The position numbers and the translations under genes were made by a program. From Candidatus Avilachnospira sp. (GTDB lineage Bacteria > Bacillota > Clostridia > Oscillospirales > Oscillospiraceae), in the NCBI GenBank assembly GCA_045530865.1, contig JAZSCX010000107.1, positions 1 through 63,943 on the forward strand: a stretch of DNA of 63,943 nucleotides. The letters are read 5' to 3'. Each line of letters starts with the position of its first letter. Positions within the stretch are counted from its first letter, which is position 1. Shown here in pieces: positions 1-8,015 of the stretch. Below the pieces are notes generated by a model. It searched no databases, was not told the DNA's origin, and was given only the letters and a program-made list of their open reading frames with translations.

Positions 1-173
1 ATCTCATCCAGACCAAAGATGGAGATCAGGGCTTTTCCTGCCCGTTTGCCTTCCCGCATCTGCACCAGCACGTCGGTGCCGCCTGCGATGATCTGGGCTT
101 CGGGGTGGGCGATACGAAGGGCAACCGCGTCCTGTACACTGGATGCCTCGTACAATGCTGCCATATCGTACAT
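1..173 (-). CDS. FAD-binding subunit of a xanthine-dehydrogenase-family molybdoenzyme (first 57 codons only; gene runs off the window)
   Basis: The ATG at 171-173 lies 4 nt after the stop (178-180) of the Mo-subunit gene. MYDMAALYEASSVQDAVALRIAHPEAQIIAGGTDVLVQMREGK carries the GGTD motif of CoxM/XdhB-type FAD domains. Confidence 0.7.
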   Translation of the reverse strand, partial: MYDMAALYEASSVQDAVALRIAHPEAQIIAGGTDVLVQMREGKRAGKALISIFGLDE

Positions 174-177
174 ACGA

Positions 178-2472
178 TCAACCTCCTTCGATCAGACCGG
201 CTTCCCGGAAGGCTTCAAAGAGCACATGGGGCGTGATGGGGCAGCGGTCAATGGCTACGCCGGTGGCGTTAAAAATGGCATTTCGGATGGCGGGGGCACC
301 GGAGCAGGTGGGCGGTTCACCCAGAGACTTGGTGCCGTAGGGACTGGTGGGCTCCGGATTTTCCACAAAATGGGCCTCCAGATGGGGATGATCCAGGAAG
401 GTGGAGAGCTTGTAGTCCAGCAGGTTGTTGTTCAGGGCTTTTCCGGTTTTGGGATCAAATTTCAGCTCTTCGGAGAGGCCGAAGCCGATGGCCATGGACA
501 TGCCGCCGTGAACCTGTGCCTCTGCCAGCTGGGGATTGATCAAAGTGCCGCAGTCATGGACATTCAGCAGCCGGGTCAGCTTCACCTTGCACAGGGGAAT
601 ATCCACCTCCACCTCGGCGAAGGAACAGCCGTAGGAGAAGGCGTTGTTCTTGATCTGGAAGGTGCTTTCTGCCGTGAGGTGCTGGGAGTTTTCCTTGCTG
701 TACAGGGCCTCCATGGCCAGCTCGCCCAGAGACATGAGCACGCGGCTGTCGGAGATGCGGACAATGTTGCCGTCCACCAGATCCAGCAGATGATAGGCCT
801 GCCGGGTCAGGGTCTGGGCATATTTCAGAATGCGCTCCTTCAGCAGCATACCGGTCTGCTGAATGGAGAAGCCGCCGATGTAGGTCTGACGGGAGGCATA
901 AGCACCGGTGCCGAAGGGAGTGATGTCTGTATCCTGGGTGGATACCATGTGAACATCCTCCACGGGAATGCCCACGGCATCTGCCGCCATCTGGCTGAAG
1001 GCGGTGTCGCAGCCCTGACCAATCTCCGTTTCACCGGTCTGCACCTGAATGGAGCCGTCCTGATTGAGCACCATGCGGCAGGAACTGGTCTCCAGTGCAA
1101 TGGGCCACACGGCGGTATTATACCAGAACACGGCACAGCCGATGCCCTTGCGGATGGGGCCGGTCTGGTTCTTGTATTCCTCGCGCTTTTTTTCGAACTC
1201 CACAAGGGCACTGCCCTTGCGCAGTACGTCGCCGTAGGTGTCATAGTAGTTTTCATTCTTGGAGAAGGGCTCCACATAGCCCTTGGGCATCAGGAATTTC
1301 AGCCGGTATTCCAGCGGCGACATGTTCAGCGCCTTGGCAATATCGTCAATGTGGCTTTCGGCGGCAAACATGGCCTGCGGGATGCCGTAGCCGCGCATGG
1401 CACCGGCGGTGGGCCGGTTGGTATAGACCGTCCATGCGTCACCGTCTACATTGTCGCAGGGGTACATATGGGGGAAGCAGTTGAGGCCCTTGGCGGCAAT
1501 GGCGTGACCGTGGGAGGCATAGGCACCCTGATTGGAGAATACTTCCAGCTTTCTGCCGGCAAAAGAACCGTCGGGGCGTACCCAGGAGATGATATGGGTG
1601 CGGAGGGCGTGGCGGACACGGGTGTTGACAAAGGTCTCCTCCCGGCTGTTGTCCAGCTTTACCAGACGGCCGCCCACCTGCGTGGTGAGGAAGGCGCACA
1701 GGGGCTCGTAGAGAGCGTCCTGCTTGTTGCCGAAGCCGCCGCCGATGTAGGGCTTGATGATCCGGATTTTGCCCCAGGGGATCCCCAGCGCCTGACCGAC
1801 CACACGGCGGACGATGTGGGGAATTTGCGTGGAGGAGGTGACCACAATGCGGCCTGCCTCCATATGGGCATAGCAGATGTGGTTCTCGATGTGGCAGTGC
1901 TGGACAGTGGGGGTTTCATACCAGCCCTCCACCCTGATCAGACCCGGTTCTTCCAGAGCCTTTGCCAGATCGCCGCGGCGGATCTGGGTGTGGGCGCGAA
2001 CATTGCCGGGGCAGTTGCGGTGGATCAGGGGGGCGCCCTCCTTCATGGCTTCCTCCACATCCAGCATGAAGGGGTATTCGTCATAGTGCACCTTGACCAG
2101 CTTTGCGGCCCGGGCGGCGGAGACTTCGTCCTCTGCCAGAATCACGGCAACATCATCGCCGAAGAACCGGACATGGCGGTTCAGAAGATGGCGGTCCGCC
2201 ACATCCTGATGGTCCTTTTCCAAACTCCAGGGATGACCGGCTGTGGGAAAGGTATGTACCGGCACATCATAACAGGTCACGATTTTGACCACGCCGGGAA
2301 CTTTTTCTGCCTCTGCCGTATCGACAGACTTCACCCAGCCATGGGCGATGGTGGAATGCACGATTTTGGCAATGAGGGCACTTTTGTCGCACAGGTCATC
2401 AGTATATTTGGCGCGGCCTGTGGCCTTGTCATAGGCGTCGACGCGGGTGATGCTTTTGCCGACTGATTTCAT
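178..2472 (-). CDS. molybdopterin-binding large subunit, xanthine dehydrogenase / aldehyde oxidoreductase family
   Basis: RBS AAGGAGGGAG precedes the ATG at 2470-2472; the ORF-track start at 2499 lies upstream of that RBS. The N-terminus MKSVGKSITRVDAYDKATGRAKYTDD and the ~765 aa length are typical of this family. Confidence 0.85.
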   Translation of the reverse strand: MKSVGKSITRVDAYDKATGRAKYTDDLCDKSALIAKIVHSTIAHGWVKSVDTAEAEKVPGVVKIVTCYDVPVHTFPTAGHPWSLEKDHQDVADRHLLNRHVRFFGDDVAVILAEDEVSAARAAKLVKVHYDEYPFMLDVEEAMKEGAPLIHRNCPGNVRAHTQIRRGDLAKALEEPGLIRVEGWYETPTVQHCHIENHICYAHMEAGRIVVTSSTQIPHIVRRVVGQALGIPWGKIRIIKPYIGGGFGNKQDALYEPLCAFLTTQVGGRLVKLDNSREETFVNTRVRHALRTHIISWVRPDGSFAGRKLEVFSNQGAYASHGHAIAAKGLNCFPHMYPCDNVDGDAWTVYTNRPTAGAMRGYGIPQAMFAAESHIDDIAKALNMSPLEYRLKFLMPKGYVEPFSKNENYYDTYGDVLRKGSALVEFEKKREEYKNQTGPIRKGIGCAVFWYNTAVWPIALETSSCRMVLNQDGSIQVQTGETEIGQGCDTAFSQMAADAVGIPVEDVHMVSTQDTDITPFGTGAYASRQTYIGGFSIQQTGMLLKERILKYAQTLTRQAYHLLDLVDGNIVRISDSRVLMSLGELAMEALYSKENSQHLTAESTFQIKNNAFSYGCSFAEVEVDIPLCKVKLTRLLNVHDCGTLINPQLAEAQVHGGMSMAIGFGLSEELKFDPKTGKALNNNLLDYKLSTFLDHPHLEAHFVENPEPTSPYGTKSLGEPPTCSGAPAIRNAIFNATGVAIDRCPITPHVLFEAFREAGLIEGG

Positions 2473-2686
2473 CGATCTCCCTCCTTTATGGTTGTGCATT
2501 GTGCACGGAATAGAGTTTTTGTTACCTTAAATCATACCACAAAATCACGGTATGACCAAGTCAAACTATGGCGGGCGAGAAAAAATCTTCATAGTTCACA
2601 AAAATGGGGCATTGACGGGCGCTGCAAAAGCGGGTTATACTGAAATTCCATAAACCGAATTCGAAATTGGAAACGGAGGTGAAGCC

Positions 2687-3307
2687 ATGAAGCCGGTATG
2701 TATCGTCATGGCGGCAGGTGTGGGAAAACGGTTCGGCGCCAACAAGCTGCTGGCGGATTTTGCCGGAAAGCCGCTGTACCGGTGGGCGCTGGATGCCATT
2801 GACGGAAGCTGCTTTTCTGCGGTGATCGTGGTCACGGGCTATGAGCCGGTGGCGGCTGCGGCAGAAGAACTGGGGTTCCGGGTCATCTGCAATGACTGCC
2901 CGGAGGATGGCGTCAGCCGCACCATCCGTCTGGGACTGCAGGCGGCAGGTTTTTGCAGCGGCGCGTTGTTCATGACGGCAGATCAGCCCCTGCTGTCGGA
3001 GGAGACGTTGAGACAGCTGACGGAGCGGTTTTGCGAAGAATCCCAGTATATTTATGCGGCTGCCCATGACGGTGTGCGGGGCAATCCATGCCTGTTTCCG
3101 CAGGCATATTTTGCGGAATTGTGCGCATTGCAGGGCGATACGGGCGGCGCCGCGGTGATCCGGAAGCATCCGGAACGCCTGCGGCTGATGGAGGTTCCGG
3201 AATGGGAGCTGTTTGACTGCGATACGCCGGAAACCATGGCAATCTGCCGGGAAAAAGCTGAGGAAAAATATCAAAATTATGCAAAAAATTGTTTGACATC
3301 TATATAA
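2687..3307 (+). CDS. MobA/MocA-like nucleotidyltransferase (molybdenum cofactor nucleotidylyl-transferase family)
   Basis: MKPVCIVMAAGVGKRFG...TADQPLL matches the MobA-like NTP-transferase pattern. RBS GGAGGTG is present. The gene is divergent from the molybdoenzyme genes. Confidence 0.75.
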   Translation: MKPVCIVMAAGVGKRFGANKLLADFAGKPLYRWALDAIDGSCFSAVIVVTGYEPVAAAAEELGFRVICNDCPEDGVSRTIRLGLQAAGFCSGALFMTADQPLLSEETLRQLTERFCEESQYIYAAAHDGVRGNPCLFPQAYFAELCALQGDTGGAAVIRKHPERLRLMEVPEWELFDCDTPETMAICREKAEEKYQNYAKNCLTSI

Positions 3308-3321
3308 TGGCCTGTTATAAT
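3293..3321 (+). promoter_or_regulatory. sigma-70-type promoter of the rplU operon
   Basis: TTGACA (3293-3298), a 17-nt spacer, then TATAAT (3316-3321), a perfect consensus. It lies in the 3' end of the preceding ORF. Confidence 0.6.
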
Positions 3322-3327
3322 AGGAGA

Positions 3328-3395
3328 GCCGCGTCGAAGAGGCAGAAGTTGAGGTGCGCCCTCACGCCTCCAGAGCGAGTCTACAAAAAAGGTAG
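3328..3395 (+). promoter_or_regulatory. possible ribosomal-protein L21 leader (5' UTR with GC hairpin)
   Basis: A ~70-nt UTR between the consensus promoter and rplU contains GAGGC...GCCTC pairing. Firmicutes have an L21 leader at this position. Not verified against a model. Confidence 0.3.
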
Positions 3396-3401
3396 GTGCA
3401 A

Positions 3402-3719
3402 ATGAAAATGCAGGCAGTTATCGTGACCGGCGGCAAGCAGTACAGCGTCAAGGAGGGCGACGTCCTCTACATTGAAAAGCTGAACGCTGAGGCCGAAACC
3501 ACCGTCACCTTCGATCAGGTCCTGGCAGTCGTGGACGGCGAGAACTCCAAGTTCGGCGCTCCCGTGGTTGCAGGTGCTTCTGTCGAGGCCAAGGTTCTGA
3601 AGAACGGCAAGGGTAAGAAGGTTACCATCATCAAGTTCCGTTCCAAGAAGGACTCCAAGTCCAAGCAGGGCCATCGTCAGCCTTACACCAAGGTGCAGAT
3701 CGAAAAGATCTCTGTGTAA
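3402..3719 (+). CDS. rplU: 50S ribosomal protein L21
   Basis: The sequence ...[24 protein letters not shown]... identifies L21. Start is ambiguous (GTG 3396, ATG 3402, ATG 3408); RBS AAGGTAGG at 3389-3396. Confidence 0.9.
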   Translation: MKMQAVIVTGGKQYSVKEGDVLYIEKLNAEAETTVTFDQVLAVVDGENSKFGAPVVAGASVEAKVLKNGKGKKVTIIKFRSKKDSKSKQGHRQPYTKVQIEKISV

Positions 3720-4045
3720 TGACCAGAGTTGAGTTTTTCGATCAGGACGGCAGAATCTCCGGATTTACCGTCTCGGGCCACAGCGGCTATGCTGAGGCGG
3801 GTGCAGATATCGTCTGTGCTGCCGTTTCCACAGCCGTGCAGTTTGCGTCCATTACCATTGAAGAGGTTCTGGGCAACCGCTGCAAAACCAAGGTGAACGA
3901 AGAGCAGGCCCGAATCACCTTGACCCTTCCCGCATCCTGTGAGGAGGAAGAAGCCGTGCAGGCTGTCCTCACCGGCATGATGCTCACACTGTGTGAGTTG
4001 CGGGATCAATATCCTGATTATATCGAAGTTATGGAGGTGCAATAA
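3719..4045 (+). CDS. prp: ribosomal-processing cysteine protease Prp (YsxB family)
   Basis: [37 protein letters not shown] carries the His/Cys dyad motifs. The start overlaps the rplU stop (TAATG) and the gene sits between rplU and rpmA. Confidence 0.85.
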   Translation: MTRVEFFDQDGRISGFTVSGHSGYAEAGADIVCAAVSTAVQFASITIEEVLGNRCKTKVNEEQARITLTLPASCEEEEAVQAVLTGMMLTLCELRDQYPDYIEVMEVQ

Positions 4046-4046
4046 C

Positions 4047-4328
4047 ATGCTGAGAATCAGCTTCCAGTTCTTTGCCCATAAGAAGGGCGGCGGCTCCACC
4101 AAGAACGGCCGTGACTCCGAGTCCAAGCGTCTGGGCGTGAAGCGCGCTGACGGTCAGTTCGTTCTGGCCGGCAACATCCTGGTTCGCCAGAGAGGCACGC
4201 ACATTCATCCCGGTACCAATGTTGGCATCGGCAGCGATGACACCCTGTTTGCTCTGATCGACGGTAAGGTCAAGTTTGAGCGCATGGGTAAGGATCGCAA
4301 GAAGTGCTCTGTGTACGCTGAGCAGTAA
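4047..4328 (+). CDS. rpmA: 50S ribosomal protein L27 with cleavable N-terminal extension
   Basis: [32 protein letters not shown] has the Firmicute-type FQFFA/HKKG Prp cleavage context. The ORF-track start at 3993 lies inside prp and was rejected. Confidence 0.92.
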   Translation: MLRISFQFFAHKKGGGSTKNGRDSESKRLGVKRADGQFVLAGNILVRQRGTHIHPGTNVGIGSDDTLFALIDGKVKFERMGKDRKKCSVYAEQ

Positions 4329-4339
4329 TTTGCCAAAAA

Positions 4340-4370
4340 GGGTGTTGCATTCGCAGCGCCCTTTTTCCTT
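4340..4370 (+). terminator. rho-independent terminator after rpmA
   Basis: GGGTGTTGC-ATTC-GCAGCGCCC forms a 9-bp stem with two G-U pairs, followed by TTTTT. Confidence 0.6.
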
Positions 4371-4397
4371 TGTTTGGAGTGAGGGTGGCTGTTTTGG

Positions 4398-4546
4398 CCT
4401 TCCCCTTGAGGGGAAGGTGGCACGCGAAGCGTGACGGATGAGGTGTAAAGGCAGCGTTTTAGGGAATACTGTTTCGTATGAGAGGATGCCCTTACACCTC
4501 ATCAGTCAGCCGGGCGGCTGACAGCTTCTCCTCAAGGAGAAGCCTT
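4398..4546. repeat. composite palindromic REP-like element (two inverted units)
   Basis: The left unit is CCTTCCCCTTGAGGGGAAGG, CACGCGAAGCGTG, then ACGGATGAGGTGTAAAG. The right unit (4489-4546) is its imperfect inverse. The same architecture occurs at 30312-30443 and as a half unit at 48907-48958. Confidence 0.7.
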
Positions 4547-4567
4547 AGATGTGCTAGAGGTAAGAAT

Positions 4568-5842
4568 ATGTTTGTAGATAAAGTCAAAATTTTTGTGAAG
4601 GCCGGTAATGGCGGCAACGGCGCTGTTGCCTTCCATCGGGAAAAATATGTGGCACAGGGCGGCCCTGACGGCGGCGACGGCGGTACCGGAGGCAGCATCG
4701 TGCTGCGGGTGGATGACAATATGTCCACTCTGATGGACTTCCGCTATAAAAGAAAATACCCCGCCCCCAACGGCAATGATGGAGAAGGCGGCCGCCGCCG
4801 CGGCAAAAACGGCGAAAATCTGGTGATCATGGTGCCAAGAGGCACCGTTGTCCGGGATGCCGAGACCAACGAGGTCATCAAGGATATGTCCGATTCCGAG
4901 GACTTCGTTCTCTGCAAGGGTGGCAGAGGCGGCTGGGGCAACAAGCATTTTGCCACCCCCACCCGTCAGGTGCCCCGCTTTGCCAAGGGCGGTCTGCCCG
5001 GTGAGAGCCACGAAGTGGTGCTGGAGCTGAAGCTGCTGGCAGACGTGGGCTTGGTGGGCTTCCCCAATGTGGGCAAATCCACCCTGCTGTCCGTCACCTC
5101 CAACGCCAGACCCAAGATCGCCAATTACCATTTTACCACGCTCTACCCCAATCTGGGCGTGATCTATGTGGAAGAGGGTGTGTCCTTCGTCATGGCGGAT
5201 ATCCCCGGCATTATTGAGGGCGCTGCCGAAGGCCTTGGCCTTGGTCATGACTTCCTGCGGCACATTGACCGCTGCCGCCTGCTGGTGCACATCGTGGATG
5301 TGTCCGGTTCCGAGGATCGGGATCCGGTGGAGGATTTCCGGAAGATCAATCAGGAGCTGGAGCAGTATTCTCCGGAGCTGGCGAGCCGTCCCATGATCGT
5401 GGCAGCCAACAAGGTGGATCTGATCCCTGATGGCAGCGACAATCTGGATCGCCTGCGGGAGTATGTGACGGAGCTGGGCTATGAGTTCTATGAGATCTCC
5501 GCCGCTACCCATCAGGGTACCCATCATCTGATGCAGACTGTGGCAGCCAAGCTGCGGGAACTGCCCCCTGTGACCATCTATGAGCCGGAGTATGTGAAGC
5601 CTCTGGCAGAGGCCGGTGACTCCAATGAACTGCAGATTCAGCAGTACGACGATCTGTGGGTCATTTCCGGTCAGTGGCTGGAGCGGCTGCTGGGCGACGT
5701 CAACTTTGACGACTATGAGTCCCGGATGTACTTTGACCGTCAGCTGCGCCTGTCCGGCCTGTTTGACCGTCTGGAGGCCATGGGCATTCAGGACGGCGAC
5801 ATTGTCAGCCTGTACGATCTGGAATTCGAATACGCGAGATAA
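4568..5842 (+). CDS. obg: GTPase Obg/CgtA
   Basis: MFVDKVKIFVKAGNGGNGAVAFHREKY matches the Obg fold. G motifs GFPNVGKST and DIPG are present, as is a C-terminal OCT domain. The ORF-track start at 4478 lies inside the repeat and was rejected. Confidence 0.92.
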   Translation: MFVDKVKIFVKAGNGGNGAVAFHREKYVAQGGPDGGDGGTGGSIVLRVDDNMSTLMDFRYKRKYPAPNGNDGEGGRRRGKNGENLVIMVPRGTVVRDAETNEVIKDMSDSEDFVLCKGGRGGWGNKHFATPTRQVPRFAKGGLPGESHEVVLELKLLADVGLVGFPNVGKSTLLSVTSNARPKIANYHFTTLYPNLGVIYVEEGVSFVMADIPGIIEGAAEGLGLGHDFLRHIDRCRLLVHIVDVSGSEDRDPVEDFRKINQELEQYSPELASRPMIVAANKVDLIPDGSDNLDRLREYVTELGYEFYEISAATHQGTHHLMQTVAAKLRELPPVTIYEPEYVKPLAEAGDSNELQIQQYDDLWVISGQWLERLLGDVNFDDYESRMYFDRQLRLSGLFDRLEAMGIQDGDIVSLYDLEFEYAR

Positions 5843-5846
5843 GAAA

Positions 5847-5876
5847 AATGGTCTTTCTTCGGAAAGACCATTTTTA
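5847..5876 (+). terminator. rho-independent terminator after obg
   Basis: AATGGTCTTTC-TTCG-GAAAGACCATT followed by TTTT. Confidence 0.8.
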
Positions 5877-5877
5877 A

Positions 5878-5905
5878 TTGACAATGGACAATGAACAATG
5901 AAGGT
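5878..5905. repeat. tandem heptamer array TTGACAA-TGGACAA-TGAACAA-TGAAGGT
   Basis: Four consecutive 7-mers directly abut the terminator T-run. A homologous array lies at 19684-19718. Confidence 0.65.
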
Positions 5906-5944
5906 ATCGGCTTTGCCGATAGAATTTGAAATGGAGTGCGGCTT

Positions 5945-6184
5945 ATGTATGAACGACTGACAGTAAAAACGGAAAACGGCTATGAAGCCGATGGGCTCAT
6001 GGCCATTGAGCGGCTGGGGCGTCTGGAGGATGCGATCGACCGGCTGCAGGGCGAATATGAGCAGACTGTGGAGGCCATGAAACGGCTATCCGGGCAGGGC
6101 AAGGAAAAATCCGCCACCTACCAGCAGCTGTGGGCCAACAAAGCGGCGCTGCGAGAGACACTGCTCCGATTGGGCTGCGGATAA
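5945..6184 (+). CDS. hypothetical small protein (coiled-coil-like)
   Basis: 79-codon ORF MYERLTVKTENGYEADGL...LLRLGCG with host-like composition. No recognised family and a weak RBS. Confidence 0.4.
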   Translation: MYERLTVKTENGYEADGLMAIERLGRLEDAIDRLQGEYEQTVEAMKRLSGQGKEKSATYQQLWANKAALRETLLRLGCG

Positions 6185-6272
6185 AAATGGGGCTGCTGCA
6201 GAATATTAAACGAAGCAAGTGCCTGCAGAGATGACCGCAGGCCGCTCCTGCGCCAATGCAATTTATTTGCGG

Positions 6273-6572
6273 TTATTCGTGGGATTGGAGATGCTCTTTT
6301 TTGCTCATTGTGCTGTGCATATCATGTATCACGGGTAAAAGCTCCAGATTTAATATGTATTCCAGCAGTTTTTTGCTCAGATATTCCTTTGATGCAAAGG
6401 CATCTTCATCGGGGGATGTGTACACATAATTCTCACAGACTTTTGAATCCGGTCGTTTCGTTTTTGCTCTGGAATAAGTGCAGTGCCCGCAGTAAACCCG
6501 AAGGATCATGCGTTGATCAAAAACAGAATGCTGCTTTAAATATAAACACGAATTACATGTTATTTGGTTCAT
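6273..6572 (-). CDS. hypothetical small zinc-ribbon-like protein
   Basis: MNQITCNSC...VYCGHC has two CxxC pairs. RBS GAGGTG is 7 nt before the second ATG. The gene lies in a low-GC islet, divergent from an XRE regulator. Confidence 0.5.
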   Translation of the reverse strand: MNQITCNSCLYLKQHSVFDQRMILRVYCGHCTYSRAKTKRPDSKVCENYVYTSPDEDAFASKEYLSKKLLEYILNLELLPVIHDMHSTMSKKEHLQSHE

Positions 6573-6596
6573 ATTCATTCACCTCAAAAATATTTT

Positions 6597-6636
6597 AACC
6601 TGAAACAGGTTAAAAGTCAATAACCTATTTCAGGTT
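6597..6636. promoter_or_regulatory. two candidate operator inverted repeats in the divergent XRE promoter region
   Basis: AACCTGAAACAGGTT (6597-6611) and AACCTATTTCAGGTT (6622-6636) share the same AACCT-N5-AGGTT half-sites, with centres 25 bp apart. Confidence 0.5.
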
Positions 6637-6664
6637 CGTGTAGAATGTGTCCTGAGGTGATTGT

Positions 6665-6874
6665 ATGTATCCGCGTATTCGGGAGCTTCGTGAAGATCGG
6701 GAATTGACGCAAAAACAGATCGCTCAAATTTTGGGTATGTCTCAAACCGGTTATTCCAAATATGAAACCGGAGAAAATGATATTCCCACATCTGTTTTGG
6801 TGAAGCTTGCAGATTTTTACCAGACTTCCGTGGATTATCTTCTCGGCAGAACAAACAAAAAGCAGGCTTACTGA
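6665..6874 (+). CDS. XRE-family helix-turn-helix transcriptional regulator
   Basis: IRELREDRELTQKQIAQILGMSQTGYSKYETGENDIPTSVLVKLADFYQTSVDYLLG is a canonical Cro/C1-type HTH. RBS GAGGTG is present. Confidence 0.85.
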   Translation: MYPRIRELREDRELTQKQIAQILGMSQTGYSKYETGENDIPTSVLVKLADFYQTSVDYLLGRTNKKQAY

Positions 6875-6877
6875 AAT

Positions 6878-6913
6878 AAGAAGGTTCGCACCCATAAGAG
6901 TGCGAACCTTCTT
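6878..6913. terminator. bidirectional stem-loop between the XRE gene and the AEC transporter gene
   Basis: AAGAAGGTTCGCA, a 10-nt loop, then TGCGAACCTTCTT: a 13-bp perfect stem. Confidence 0.6.
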
Positions 6914-6924
6914 GCATATTGCTG

Positions 6925-7878
6925 TTATGCAAACAACATTTGCGTCAGCACATAGATGATGGGGACGGTCAGGATGGAACCAAGGCTGGACAGCAGCACC
7001 ATGCTGGCGCCGGTCTGGCAGTCCTCCTTATAGGCGGCGGGGAACACCACCACGTTCATACCGCAGGGGCTGGCGAAGGTCAATGCAGTCAGTGTGGCGA
7101 TGATCAGGGGAGCCTTGATCAGGTACAGGACCAGCAGGAACACGGCGGGGAACACCAGCAGCCGGAGCAGACAGTAGACGTAGATTTTCTTGTTATGGAA
7201 CACCTGCGAGAGAGGATAGTCGGCAATGGAGAAACCGGCCAACAGCAGGGCAACGGGGATATAGCACTGGCTCAGGTCATAGACGGTGTCGGAGATGAAA
7301 ACGGGCATCCAGTTGGGTGCGCCCAGCAGACCGAGGATCATACCGACTACCATGGCTAGGGTATTAATATTGATGCATTTTGCCAGATTGGTACGCCAGG
7401 AGGTTTTTCCGTGGGAGGGCTGCATTTGCGCAATGCCCCAGGAGTAGGTTAGAATGGAGCCGGCGATGGCAAACAGGCCGAATTGGAACACACCGGACAT
7501 GCCAAACAGGGAGAGCATAATGGGAAGGGCGACTGCGGCAGTGTTGGGCATTGCAATGGCGTAGCGGTACACACCTCGCATATACACATCATCCGAGGAG
7601 AGAGATCTGGATAGAGGGTAGGAAAGGAACAGGCCGATCAGGTAAAACGCCGTTCCGTAGAGTACCAGAGGAAGGTTGCTGGAAAGACTGGTCAGCTTGC
7701 ACTCCATCATGTTGGAATACAGTGTCATGGAGGGAATAAAGAGCATGGTCAGGAATTTGGAAAAGACATTGCCCATTTCCCGGGAGACCAGATGGGACTT
7801 GTTCATGGCAAAGCCCAGAGACAGCAGAATCAAAATCTGCAGCATCTGATTTAATGTAAGGGTGAATGCTTCAAACAT
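6925..7878 (-). CDS. AEC (auxin efflux carrier) family transporter
   Basis: A 317-aa polytopic membrane protein, MFEAFTLTLNQMLQILILLSLGFAMNK..., with the two-half AEC-like topology. Confidence 0.7.
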   Translation of the reverse strand: MFEAFTLTLNQMLQILILLSLGFAMNKSHLVSREMGNVFSKFLTMLFIPSMTLYSNMMECKLTSLSSNLPLVLYGTAFYLIGLFLSYPLSRSLSSDDVYMRGVYRYAIAMPNTAAVALPIMLSLFGMSGVFQFGLFAIAGSILTYSWGIAQMQPSHGKTSWRTNLAKCININTLAMVVGMILGLLGAPNWMPVFISDTVYDLSQCYIPVALLLAGFSIADYPLSQVFHNKKIYVYCLLRLLVFPAVFLLVLYLIKAPLIIATLTALTFASPCGMNVVVFPAAYKEDCQTGASMVLLSSLGSILTVPIIYVLTQMLFA

Positions 7879-7930
7879 AGCGGTTTCCTCTTGTTATGTA
7901 AGTACGGAGTGGAAGATCGGATTTTGCAAG

Positions 7931-7956
7931 CGGCGCGCCGGGTCGTCGCGCCCTAC
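7931..7956. repeat. short GC-rich hairpin of the GTAGGGC-headed family
   Basis: The minus strand reads GTAGGGCGCGACGACCCGGCGCGCC. Relatives lie at 28275-28299, 45879-45908 and 60822-60848. Confidence 0.5.
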
Positions 7957-7980
7957 ATGTCAGGCGATACTTCGCCAATA

Positions 7981-8005
7981 CAGCCCGGCTTGAAAAGCCG
8001 GGCTG
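7981..8005 (-). terminator. stem-loop downstream of the TIM-barrel isomerase gene
   Basis: CAGCCCGGCT-TGAAA-AGCCGGGCTG lies 10 nt after the stop at 8016. The T-run on the minus strand is weak. Confidence 0.4.
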
Positions 8006-8015
8006 TAAACTTGTA

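Noticed and set aside
19-2466. Very long ORFs antisense to recognised genes. Examples: 19-2466 (+), 9425-11272 (-), 11088-12872 (-), 13817-16168 (-), 16177-17781 (-), 28258-29925 (-), 30342-32048 (-), 37357-39345 (-), 42584-45655 (+), 50414-53380 (-), 59021-60682 (+).
   Set aside because: These are shadow ORFs typical of GC-rich DNA. Their translations are low-complexity (G/A/V/L/H/Q/D-rich), they lack RBSs and family motifs, and in each case the opposite strand encodes a clearly recognisable protein.
4478-4567. N-terminal extensions of obg (ORF-track start 4478) and of iorA (start 30408).
   Set aside because: The extra codons lie inside REP-like palindromes and have no RBS. The canonical N-termini (MFVDKVKIF... 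and MKTLMLGNEA...) follow good RBSs.
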